From IMG/VR virus record IMGVR_UViG_3300022696_000100: 43,747 nt of DNA, one strand, 5' to 3'. Positions 15,321-24,813 of the stretch are shown here, piece after piece. A model generated the notes under the pieces. It made no database searches, was not told the origin of the DNA, and saw only the letters and a program-made list of their open reading frames with translations. The DNA comes from a virus. Numbering within the stretch: position 1 is the first letter of the stretch; the number at the start of each line of letters is the position of its first letter. A program made the translations under genes and the position numbers.

Positions 15321-17600
15321 TTAGATATTAAGCATAGCTTCCAGCTCTAGAACCCGTCGTTCTTGATCCTGGGCTACTTTAATTAAAAACGGTATAAAAC
15401 GATCATAATAAATGCCTTTAAGTTTACCGTTATCTTGAAATGTAAGATCCGGGTTAACCTCAAATAGTTCTTCTGCAATCATTCCAAAATCGTTAAAACT
15501 TAAATCGTTTTTTGGATTAAAAGATACAGGATTAACATCAAATATCCAGTCAATATTTTCAATGGGTTTGATATTAGTTTTAACTTCCCGTGTAGATGAA
15601 TCATATCCCATTAGGCCTGAGGAATCAACATAAACAGCTTTACCAGCGCTAGTACTGGTATTATATATAGACACGGCTCTAAAGTATGTGACTTGATTGA
15701 AGTCCGCTGTTTCTGCATAAACTCGTACTATATCCCAATCAAGTGTACTACTGCCTATATATAAGTTGTATGTAGTAGTTGACTTAGGGCGAATATACAT
15801 GATACTTGAGTTATAATATAAATTTGCATCTTGAGCATCTCCAAAATATATTGCTTCATTGGACCCTATATACATACTGCCTATTTCTTTTGAAGTGCTA
15901 CCAATATTAGAGTTTGACGTAGGTAGTAAGTTGCCAAGCTCATCAATTTCCCACCTTGTTGTCGGGAGTGCGCCTGTTCGGAGATAAATTGACCCAGATG
16001 CGTTATTAGCATCGATATAAACGCCTCCTGCACCTGTGCTTTGTATCAGAAAAACGTCTTCAGTTCCATTATATCCTATTTGCGCATCTTGAGAAGCTCC
16101 AAAATAGTGAAAACCGTTATCGGCTTGATAGATATGTTCAATTTCTTCTGATGTAGAACCAATATCGTACGTAGCTGCTGAACTGGGCACAAGATCACCA
16201 GTAGAATTAATATTCCAACGTTCTGTTGCATCAGTATAGAACTTAATTTCAGTAACTGCGTTTATATAGATATCGGCCCAGGAATTCGCATTGGTTCCGA
16301 TCTTACAATTTCCAGTTCCATCAACGCTCGGAATAATTTCAAAATCAGCACCGTCCCAATATACAGTTACATCTTGAGCATCTCCAAAATAATGAGCAGA
16401 ATCATCACCTTGGTAAATATCTTTAATTCTTAATGCAGTAGTGCCTATATCATAAGAATCAGCAGTTAGCGGAGTAAAATGACCAGAAGCATCTATTGCC
16501 CAGTGATCAGTTCCGTCTGTATGGAAATATAGCGGCTCAGCTCCTGTAGTTCCCAGTTTAAATATTCCAGCTGCTGCATATTGTATAAAAGCATCTTGAC
16601 TATCGCCAAAATAAACGTAGGCATCGTCTTCAATATAAATATTCTTTACCGGAACACTTGACATGCCTATATTTTGTCCGCCAAGCATAGGCCCAACATT
16701 CCCGCTTACTATTGTCCAATCGGTTTCAGCATGATAGTATCTAAGCTCAGCAAATGCACCATTTGAGATATCAACAGATGCTTGTCCGAAAATTGTAGCG
16801 GCATCTAATGTATCGATAGTTAAGTCGTAAGCCGACCCATTAAACATTGAGATAATAAAACCATCCATCGCTGCTGACATAGCTGGAAGAGAAAATGTCT
16901 TATCGACAGCAGTTCCAGAACCCAGCACAAGTAGCTTTCCGCGGTCTGTTGCTAGTACCTCGTAATCGTCTGTTTTTTCATCTACACTTAAAATTTCGCC
17001 GGCCACTCGGTGCCAGTTTGTTATATCTTCACTGGGGGTATTCGCAAGATTTGGACTAGTTCTGCTAAAGTAAAAAGCTCCAAGATACTCAACAAAATCG
17101 CCTATTGCGTAGGAGACATTAGCGTTGTATATTTGGACAAAAGCAATTTCTTCCCAAGATGACGTTTCAACGGCTGGGTTTTTATTGAGATTGCTTGCTA
17201 CGATTGATCGATAAATCGCTAAATTGTATTTAACAATATCTCCAATACCGTAGGTGGTAGCATTATCCCAAGCTTCAAGACCGGCACCTCCGCCGCTGCT
17301 ACTTGAAGCAGCTACTTCTACAGGGTCGAACATCTGGACTTGAACACCAGGGTTGCCTTCATCTAGCGGATCATACGTGTATGAAACAACACGATAACTA
17401 CCGGTCCCAAATACGCTGGGGCATCTACCTTCGGCGTCAAGCTGCAGGGGGTTTTCATTAGGAACAGCCAGAGCTGAATCTGAGTAAGTATTCTTAAGAG
17501 TGTTATTAGAACCTGACTCTAAGAATTTAAGCCATCCTAACGCTAATGGATCACCGGCTCCGTCTAAAAATTGTGCGAAAGCTTCAATTACTCTACCCAT
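15321..17600 (-). CDS. Tail fibre 2 with CBM5/12-like repeats, 4 internal repeat modules and a C-terminal S74 intramolecular chaperone domain
   Basis: N-terminus is paralogous to the 930-aa fibre. W..ATTYGIGDIVKY..Y repeats. Four copies of DIGS..IY...YFGD.QDA. C-terminus YVDSSGLMGYDSSTREVKTNIKPI..FGMIAEEL..LELEAML. Confidence 0.8.
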   Translation of the reverse strand: MGRVIEAFAQFLDGAGDPLALGWLKFLESGSNNTLKNTYSDSALAVPNENPLQLDAEGRCPSVFGTGSYRVVSYTYDPLDEGNPGVQVQMFDPVEVAASSSSGGGAGLEAWDNATTYGIGDIVKYNLAIYRSIVASNLNKNPAVETSSWEEIAFVQIYNANVSYAIGDFVEYLGAFYFSRTSPNLANTPSEDITNWHRVAGEILSVDEKTDDYEVLATDRGKLLVLGSGTAVDKTFSLPAMSAAMDGFIISMFNGSAYDLTIDTLDAATIFGQASVDISNGAFAELRYYHAETDWTIVSGNVGPMLGGQNIGMSSVPVKNIYIEDDAYVYFGDSQDAFIQYAAAGIFKLGTTGAEPLYFHTDGTDHWAIDASGHFTPLTADSYDIGTTALRIKDIYQGDDSAHYFGDAQDVTVYWDGADFEIIPSVDGTGNCKIGTNANSWADIYINAVTEIKFYTDATERWNINSTGDLVPSSAATYDIGSTSEEIEHIYQADNGFHYFGASQDAQIGYNGTEDVFLIQSTGAGGVYIDANNASGSIYLRTGALPTTRWEIDELGNLLPTSNSNIGSTSKEIGSMYIGSNEAIYFGDAQDANLYYNSSIMYIRPKSTTTYNLYIGSSTLDWDIVRVYAETADFNQVTYFRAVSIYNTSTSAGKAVYVDSSGLMGYDSSTREVKTNIKPIENIDWIFDVNPVSFNPKNDLSFNDFGMIAEELFEVNPDLTFQDNGKLKGIYYDRFIPFLIKVAQDQERRVLELEAMLNI

Positions 17601-20392
17601 TATGCAGCCTCCAATGTGGCTATACGTTTATTTAGGTTGTGAATTTCTTGTAGCATCAAGCCCACGAGGTTTCTGTGCTTAACTGCTGCCGGAGTTTTAG
17701 CCCCAGTTTTAGGATCAATATCATAATCAACTAACTCAGGATTCACTAATTCAACTTCTTCAGCTATTAGACCAAATTCTTTTTCGCCGGGTACAGCTCC
17801 ATGAACTTTATCGGGATCATATTCATATTCTTGAGGCGTAAGATCATAAATCCAGCTAAGGTCTGCATCTTTTAACTTTTTGAAGTTGTTTTTATTTTCT
17901 TTGGTGGATGATAAGTACCCTAATCGGCCAGAGCTATTTACGTAACAATCTCTGCCAGTTAACGATGCCGAATAGATATTGGGACAAGTGAAAGTAGCAG
18001 ATGGCAAATATATATTTCCAGTACCGTCTATTTGAAATCTAATTGTGCCACCCGTATAGATATACATCGTAGAGTCGCTATTTATATAGACGTGATCCCA
18101 GTTCATAGCAGTACGGCCTATCTTTAGTATTCCGGTATCATCTGTAGTAGGCTCGATGCGTAATTCTGTAGTTGAATTATCCCAACCTATAATACCATCA
18201 TTTGATGCACCCAAACGGATATACCCATCATCAGCTACATATATATCTTCACAGTAAAGACTACCTACTGGGTAAGAAGCACTACCTATATCAAGGGCAC
18301 CAGCTAATGGAAACAAGTCCCCACCGACATCGATTAACCATTGAGTAGTTGAATCTGTTACTAGACCTAATTGACCAGTACTTCCATACACGCCAATTAG
18401 CAGATGCTGTCCCGTATCAGCAGGTATATGTTTAATATAGGTCGATCCAGAATGATTATACATCTCCAATTGTTGATCAGCGCCTGCAAAAATTGCACCA
18501 CTATTATTCATGTAAAGATTTGTTACGCCACTAGTAGCATTCCCAATATCAGGGCTAAGTGTAGATGTTTGTGGAATCAAATCCCCTGTTGTACTTTTTA
18601 TATACCATGCGTTATCAGAATCATCAGAGGCTGTAGCAACTCTAAGTACTATGCTATTAGCATCTGGCGTATCTTGAGTACCTATATTTTGAGATGGTCC
18701 TATTTGTATATAGTTACCAGTAGAACATCTAACTTGCAAAACCGTACCTGCTGCATCATAAATAGCACCGTTAGGCCCTACATAAAAATATTCTCCATTA
18801 TCCATAAATATAGAGCCAGTTTCATAAGTAGCCGAGCCTATATCTCTAGCTCCGCCTATAGGTAAAAAATCTCCACTTGTGTCTATTTCCCATTGGCTAA
18901 CTGCATAAGGGGCAAAAACAATAGAATCACCGCTAACAGCTGGCGTAGATAAAATGACTTGATTTAACGCATGGATTGTTACGTTTGACGAACCCGATAC
19001 AATATAACTATCTTGACTATCGCTTAAATAGATATATGAAGCATCGCCCAGGTATATATTCGCAAAATCTGCAGTATCACTACCTAAGTCGTAAGTCGCA
19101 GCTGCTGCTGGGAGTATATCGCCAGTTACAGTTAGCGGCATGAATATTGAAACTGCAGTAGCATAAGCATGAATAATATCTACGCCACCCGCAATAAGAT
19201 TTACTTCATCTGCATCAGGCCTACCTACACCCGTGTTAATATCATCTACAAAGGTAAACGTAGGAACAATAGAGCTACCTGCCTGAGAATATATTGCACC
19301 TCCTAAAGTTGTATTACTATAGAGGTAGTTGGCGTTCATTATCCAAGCAAGAACACCAGCCATAGCAAAGTCAACTCTACCTGCACTAGGGCTATAAAAG
19401 CCTGTCTGATCATCAAATTGAATTGTAGGAGAAGCTGCATCATCGTCGGATGGGAGTATTAATTTACCGCCAGTATCTAAATTAACATCTCCGTAAAAAT
19501 ACGCATCTTGACTTTGATCTAATAAAAAACCCAACGTAGGTCCTGCACCAGTATATATTTCAAAATCACCAGTTGCATGCTGGACTTGAATTTTAATGTC
19601 GCCTGTTGTAGTCTTAATATAGAAGTCGGTACCGTCATGAACTATATGAGCGTCTTGCCCATCCCCGAAATAATGATAACTATTATCACCCTGATAAAAA
19701 TTGCCTATCTCATTCCCTACTGCGCCTAAATTATATCCAGCTATGTTAGGCTGGAGAGTTGTGCCTGATTCACTCCAGTTAAGAAAGATAGTACCATTTC
19801 CCACAGGTGTCCACCATGTGGGAGAAGTAAGTGGAGTATTGCCCACATTAGAATCAGCCAGAGAAAAATACAAACCATTGCCAGAAATAACCACATCATT
19901 AAGCGCGTATGTGACGTTGACATTCCAATACCTCAAAAAATCGATTTTTTCCCATTTATCGAGATTAGTATCTGGAGCGTTACCCAAATTGCTGTTTATT
20001 AACGACCGATAATAAAAGCCGTTATGTGTAGCAATATCGAGTATTGAATATTCTGTGGTAGCTTCCCACGTTTCAAAATTTGTACCGGAACCTGTGGATG
20101 AGTTTTCAGCGTTTACTGGATCAAACTGTGCGACCTGAACGCCGGGCAGGTGCAGTACTGGGTCATCTTTATATAGGACAACTCTATATTGCCCTGTCCC
20201 AAACGCATCTGGGCAGCGTCCTTCGGCGTCAAGTTGAAGGGGATTAGAATTAGGTATTGAAAGTTCCTCATCAGCGTAGGTATTTTTATCCGTATTATTA
20301 GTATTTGAATACAGAAAATGCAGCCACCCATCGGCAAGCGGATTACCTTCCCCGTCAAAAAATTGTGTGAACGCGGCAATAACTCTGGACAT
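17600..20392 (-). CDS. Tail fibre 1 (930 aa), paralogue of fibre 2, with a C-terminal S74 intramolecular chaperone domain
   Basis: Shared N-terminal ~95 aa (MSRVIAAFTQFFDGEGNPL..NPLQLDAEGRCP). Five or more degenerate DIGS..Y..YFGD modules. C-terminus YVNSSGRLGYLSSTKENKNNFKKL..FGLIAEEV..NKRIATLE. Confidence 0.8.
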   Translation of the reverse strand: MSRVIAAFTQFFDGEGNPLADGWLHFLYSNTNNTDKNTYADEELSIPNSNPLQLDAEGRCPDAFGTGQYRVVLYKDDPVLHLPGVQVAQFDPVNAENSSTGSGTNFETWEATTEYSILDIATHNGFYYRSLINSNLGNAPDTNLDKWEKIDFLRYWNVNVTYALNDVVISGNGLYFSLADSNVGNTPLTSPTWWTPVGNGTIFLNWSESGTTLQPNIAGYNLGAVGNEIGNFYQGDNSYHYFGDGQDAHIVHDGTDFYIKTTTGDIKIQVQHATGDFEIYTGAGPTLGFLLDQSQDAYFYGDVNLDTGGKLILPSDDDAASPTIQFDDQTGFYSPSAGRVDFAMAGVLAWIMNANYLYSNTTLGGAIYSQAGSSIVPTFTFVDDINTGVGRPDADEVNLIAGGVDIIHAYATAVSIFMPLTVTGDILPAAAATYDLGSDTADFANIYLGDASYIYLSDSQDSYIVSGSSNVTIHALNQVILSTPAVSGDSIVFAPYAVSQWEIDTSGDFLPIGGARDIGSATYETGSIFMDNGEYFYVGPNGAIYDAAGTVLQVRCSTGNYIQIGPSQNIGTQDTPDANSIVLRVATASDDSDNAWYIKSTTGDLIPQTSTLSPDIGNATSGVTNLYMNNSGAIFAGADQQLEMYNHSGSTYIKHIPADTGQHLLIGVYGSTGQLGLVTDSTTQWLIDVGGDLFPLAGALDIGSASYPVGSLYCEDIYVADDGYIRLGASNDGIIGWDNSTTELRIEPTTDDTGILKIGRTAMNWDHVYINSDSTMYIYTGGTIRFQIDGTGNIYLPSATFTCPNIYSASLTGRDCYVNSSGRLGYLSSTKENKNNFKKLKDADLSWIYDLTPQEYEYDPDKVHGAVPGEKEFGLIAEEVELVNPELVDYDIDPKTGAKTPAAVKHRNLVGLMLQEIHNLNKRIATLEAA

Positions 20393-20401
20393 AGCTTTCT
20401 C

Positions 20402-21907
20402 CTATTGTACTTGCTTTACTTCCTCAATTGTCATATCCTTACCTGCAAACGTCACATAATTATATTTCTTTGACGGCTTGCCGCCAGCAGTAAGAGTTCC
20501 GACTGGGTAGCGTATACCATCAATTCCTGCCCGCTTCAGGAATTTTGAGGCTCCTTTATCGGAGCCAAATACACGTGATAGTTCTTTATAAAGTCTCTGC
20601 CCCTCGTGAGCAGTATTAGGTTTATTCAAGGCATGTTGGACGTCACCAGATAATTGATCCCACATCCCTTCTTTATTAATTTGAACACGTATTTTTGCAC
20701 GTTCTTTATGACCAGCCGGTTTATGCCAATCCATATAATTATATTCAGACGGATCTTTGCCTTTATGCAACGTAACCTTATACAAGTACCCAGGATGCAT
20801 TTCAGCGGTAAGTTTGCCGCCTTCAAATAGTTCATCTATATCGGGATAACCCGTAAGAAACGGGGGTATCTCTGAATCGGGGTTAGCCATCAGTTTATCC
20901 CCTAAATCTCGGATAACACTAGAAACGTACATTTCTATATTACGCCTAACGTCCCATCCCTCCTCATCAAACCCATCGGCTAATTCCTGATGCCAGTCAT
21001 CAAATGCGTCTTCAGGGTCCATAGCCATAATATCTTCTTGGAATGCTGTATACCCGTTATTCAAGTCATCGATAGTAGGATTAGCGGGGTCCCGTAAATA
21101 GTCTTCTCTGTAATGTGGGATTTTATCCCAGAACGGGTGGTCTGGATCGGACCACGCTTCAGCCGCCGCGTCAGATAAGCGTCTTTGTATGAATTCAGGA
21201 TCATTTGTTGCTTGTCGCATGAATTCATCTCTAGCTTCACGCTCAATATGCACGTCCAAATCGTCATAATTAATTGCTTTCCCATTATTCCGTATAATAG
21301 GTTCTGATCTCATTTTAGCATAACTGACAGCGACGCCGGGTTGCTCTGATGTATACAAACCCCAGCCAAATGCCTGAACACCCTCGCCTGAACCTATATG
21401 TTTGGTGGAAAGCCCTACTTCTGGGTCAATTTTATGAGGTGATCCGTGGTGAACTTCAATGTAACCTTCGTCACCAAGTTTCTTTAGAACTTTCTGATAT
21501 TGACGTGATATGGGCGGAACTACTTTACCCACGATACCCATTTCTAAAGCTGCAAGAGGTAAAGAATGAACGACGGCACCTACATCTGGAGACCCTGTCT
21601 TTTCTGCCCAGTAATCACCGGCGGTAGTGAGGGCCTGCTCAGCTTTTGTCATAACTGGCTCCACCAATTCACCCATATTCTGCATATATTGTTTACCATG
21701 TTCTGTCTTTGGCGTATAGGTTAAAGTTTCTTGGACACCCTGTACTGCTTGGCCTGCCTCTTCAAGGCTTTTACCCTGAGCTAACGCTCCTAAACCCGCA
21801 AAACCCGACAGCGGTTCAGCCACTGCTCCGGAAGCCATTGATAATCCGACCTCACCGAGGCCGCCTATAATCTTAAATCTGCTAGTATTCTTGGGTACTG
21901 TTGGCAT
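20402..21907 (-). CDS. Large virion-associated protein (putative ejection/internal protein), 501 aa
   Basis: Position between the head-completion genes and the fibres. Gly/Ala-rich N-terminus, then a conserved-looking HHGSPHKI..HIGSGEGVQAFGWGLY block. Confidence 0.4.
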   Translation of the reverse strand: MPTVPKNTSRFKIIGGLGEVGLSMASGAVAEPLSGFAGLGALAQGKSLEEAGQAVQGVQETLTYTPKTEHGKQYMQNMGELVEPVMTKAEQALTTAGDYWAEKTGSPDVGAVVHSLPLAALEMGIVGKVVPPISRQYQKVLKKLGDEGYIEVHHGSPHKIDPEVGLSTKHIGSGEGVQAFGWGLYTSEQPGVAVSYAKMRSEPIIRNNGKAINYDDLDVHIEREARDEFMRQATNDPEFIQRRLSDAAAEAWSDPDHPFWDKIPHYREDYLRDPANPTIDDLNNGYTAFQEDIMAMDPEDAFDDWHQELADGFDEEGWDVRRNIEMYVSSVIRDLGDKLMANPDSEIPPFLTGYPDIDELFEGGKLTAEMHPGYLYKVTLHKGKDPSEYNYMDWHKPAGHKERAKIRVQINKEGMWDQLSGDVQHALNKPNTAHEGQRLYKELSRVFGSDKGASKFLKRAGIDGIRYPVGTLTAGGKPSKKYNYVTFAGKDMTIEEVKQVQ

Positions 21908-23378
21908 TTTGCTCCACTTGTGATACTTGGTAACCTAACAATCGGGCTGATGCCCAAGTAGGATCAATTGGAATACCTTGTTTCTTCCACTTATTGAGAA
22001 TAATTGCCAGACGTGATTTAAATCGCGGCATGCTATACACGGCCAGGACGGAGCCAGCTGCAAGGCCAAGGTCGCCGCCCAGTAGAGCGCCGGCACCGAG
22101 TTTACTCATTGTACCAAGACCGCCAATTCCTAATTTGTCTAGCCGATTGACTGCTGGCATGATAGCTTCTTCCAATGCTAATAAATCGGAGTCAGCTGCG
22201 TTAAGCTTCTTTAACTCAGGCATAAAATCGTTTAGTTTATCCCTGGCGGCCCTTGCAAGTGCCATTTTACGCCTGACTTTTGGCTTGGAATACTGGGTTT
22301 TACCATATAAAGAGCGTAACTCATCGTACACCTCTAATTTGTAGTCTTGAAGATCACGAGCATTTAACTCTTTTCTACCAATTTGCTTATTTGCTTTGAT
22401 AACTGCCTGACGCGCTTTGAGAACTGCCTTTTGAGCAGCTTTAGGATCATCTGTATTTTTACGAGCAATATCATAAATAATTGAACCATACTCACGGAAT
22501 AAGGCGTTTACTGGAACAGCTTGTCCTGTCGTAACCGACCTGTCCAGCGCATCAGAAATCGCTGCATTCAAGAGATCTATATTTGTGCGAAGCTTCTCTA
22601 AACCTTTTTGAGTTGGCATGATCGCATTATCTAGAGCAGTATCGTTCAATTTATTAAGCTGCTCAGGAGAAAGTTTTCCTGCAAAGCGGACTGCCTCTTG
22701 ATACATCCCCCGTGCTTTGTGCTTGGGAATCATCCGTCTACCGGTCGCTGTAATTCCTTTAGATGCTAAAGCTATAGGGTCTGCCAACGAGGCAGCTTTT
22801 ACCGCCTTATCTGCTAACTGGGATAGTTTCTGGAGCTTAGCAGCCTTGCTTAAACCCTTTACTGCCATACCTCCGGGGATAAATACAGTAGCTCCATCCA
22901 TCATAACGCCTACAGGGTCTTTAGCCAACGCCTTTTTAAACCCTTCTATGGTACCGTATCTATCCTTATAAAAATCCCACATCATCTGGGCGTTGCCTTC
23001 AAATTGTGTGCCTAAAATCCCAGTGGGATCTAAAGTCTGACCAATCCCAGCGGCAAGGGCGAGAACACCTTTGATAGTTTGACCCGGATGGGCAACTGCT
23101 TCCCCAATATCCTTTACAGCTTGAAACGCACTGGACGGAATATTATTTACTGCTTCACCAAATACGGTTTTCCAATCAGTGTCTGCAGTTATTTCCTGTT
23201 CTACTTTACCAAACCGTGAGGGCTCCGCTGCTTGAGCGGGCTGCGGTGTAGCAAATCCCATACCTGCAGCAGAAGCCGCAGGAAGCTCCGGCAGGGGCTG
23301 CTGTTGAGGAGCTGGCTGTGCAACAGGCTCCATCAGTTCTCCCGGTTGTGCAGGCTGTACCAAATTAAATCGTGACAT
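21882..23378 (-). CDS. Large virion-associated protein (putative ejection/internal protein), 498 aa
   Basis: Pro/Ala/Gln-rich N-terminus and helical body. Operon position. Confidence 0.4.
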   Translation of the reverse strand: MSRFNLVQPAQPGELMEPVAQPAPQQQPLPELPAASAAGMGFATPQPAQAAEPSRFGKVEQEITADTDWKTVFGEAVNNIPSSAFQAVKDIGEAVAHPGQTIKGVLALAAGIGQTLDPTGILGTQFEGNAQMMWDFYKDRYGTIEGFKKALAKDPVGVMMDGATVFIPGGMAVKGLSKAAKLQKLSQLADKAVKAASLADPIALASKGITATGRRMIPKHKARGMYQEAVRFAGKLSPEQLNKLNDTALDNAIMPTQKGLEKLRTNIDLLNAAISDALDRSVTTGQAVPVNALFREYGSIIYDIARKNTDDPKAAQKAVLKARQAVIKANKQIGRKELNARDLQDYKLEVYDELRSLYGKTQYSKPKVRRKMALARAARDKLNDFMPELKKLNAADSDLLALEEAIMPAVNRLDKLGIGGLGTMSKLGAGALLGGDLGLAAGSVLAVYSMPRFKSRLAIILNKWKKQGIPIDPTWASARLLGYQVSQVEQNANSTQEY

Positions 23379-23387
23379 AGTTACTCC

Positions 23388-24803
23388 TTATTGAGCAGGG
23401 GGTGCAGCATATACCCATCCGCTGGGTGTGCGTTTGTAATATACGCCGGGATTTTCCTGATCATCAATTGTAACACCCACAGGATATTGATCTATAGGCA
23501 AGGAGCTTAACTCCTGTAGGAGTTCCGGCGAAGCATCCATATCTATAGGCTGGCCAACTTTTGGATCGGCAGGAGGTTCAGTGGCTGTCTCCTGGACAGC
23601 GTTTGGGTCGGCTGCCGTAGGCTGCGGTACAGCACCCGTACCTGCAGGACTTTGACGCATACCCGCACGTTCCAAATACTCTTGATACGGCTGCTCGCCA
23701 ATGACGTGATAAAAAGGAATTCGATCAATTTCACTCATTGCCTTGATACCGCCAAGTTCCTCGTCGTACGAGGTAGTAGCGGCAATATGCATTTTATCAG
23801 ATACGTTTTTCATATCTGCACGTTGTTGGTCAGTTAAACGGCCACCAGTTTCCCACTTTTCCATCATTACGTCAAGTTTAGACGGTAAGCCGCCAAACTG
23901 TCCTCTGACCTTATCAAAAGTGGACTGCATCTGGCTTTTTGCCGCTTCCGGCTGAGCTGCCCACCACGCTCTGGCTTCCTCTGCCGTCTTAAACTCAGAT
24001 TCACGTACGACAGACTCAGGATCCTGCATCTTCATAAAATTGAATACCAGAGCAAGGTCAGAAGCACCAGTCCCCATATCCCAAATACGATCAATTCTTT
24101 GCTTGGCATTATTGACGATGCGATATTCCTTTTGAGCAGGATTAAGGCGTTCACGTAATTTGTTGACCTGTTTACGCTGCCATTCTTCAAGGCCGCCTTG
24201 AAGGTTCTCTTGGCCTGGCTGCTCGGGATACGCCCCGTGGAACTTAGCAAAATTGTACATCTGAAGAAGCGCTTCTTCCCGGTCAGGACCCAGTGGCATT
24301 CCCTTGGTTTGCTCAATTTTCATACGCATAGGATTGCCCTCAGGTAATACTTCTGCAGCCTGCTGGAGTAATGTATTCTGCCCTTCAATATCATCAGGTT
24401 CAAGTGCCAGGGCGCCATGAATTTTAAAAGCTCCTTCCACGAAACTTGTGCGGTCAACGCCCTTAAAAACTGTATCAATTTCCTGTGCAGCCTTCGGGTG
24501 TACGAATGCTAACTGCTTCATCTTGTGGCGGTAAGCTTCCATATTACCTGAATCCCAAAGGTTCATAGCGTCTTTAGCCAAGTTGTCAGCACCAATATCC
24601 TTTGCTAACTGGCGTTCCTGTTCAGCTAGGAGGTTTTCCTGTTGACGTAAGGTGACTTGACCCAAAGCGGAAGCACGCTCCTCTTGCTGTCGAGCAATAC
24701 CTGCCTGTTGCCCCATGGATACGGCCTGAAGTCCAGCTAACGCTGCACGAGGGGTAGTATCTGGAGCGGGTACATGTGCAAAAGCTGTCGGGTTAATCGG
24801 CAT
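23388..24803 (-). CDS. Large virion-associated protein (putative ejection/internal protein), 471 aa
   Basis: Operon position only. Confidence 0.4.
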   Translation of the reverse strand: MPINPTAFAHVPAPDTTPRAALAGLQAVSMGQQAGIARQQEERASALGQVTLRQQENLLAEQERQLAKDIGADNLAKDAMNLWDSGNMEAYRHKMKQLAFVHPKAAQEIDTVFKGVDRTSFVEGAFKIHGALALEPDDIEGQNTLLQQAAEVLPEGNPMRMKIEQTKGMPLGPDREEALLQMYNFAKFHGAYPEQPGQENLQGGLEEWQRKQVNKLRERLNPAQKEYRIVNNAKQRIDRIWDMGTGASDLALVFNFMKMQDPESVVRESEFKTAEEARAWWAAQPEAAKSQMQSTFDKVRGQFGGLPSKLDVMMEKWETGGRLTDQQRADMKNVSDKMHIAATTSYDEELGGIKAMSEIDRIPFYHVIGEQPYQEYLERAGMRQSPAGTGAVPQPTAADPNAVQETATEPPADPKVGQPIDMDASPELLQELSSLPIDQYPVGVTIDDQENPGVYYKRTPSGWVYAAPPAQ

Positions 24804-24813
24804 TGTGTTCTCC

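Noticed and set aside
15321-20392. A diversity-generating retroelement targeting the fibre genes.
   Set aside because: No reverse transcriptase ORF exists anywhere in the genome, and I saw no near-identical template/variable nucleotide repeat pair. The fibre repeats are diverged at the DNA level.
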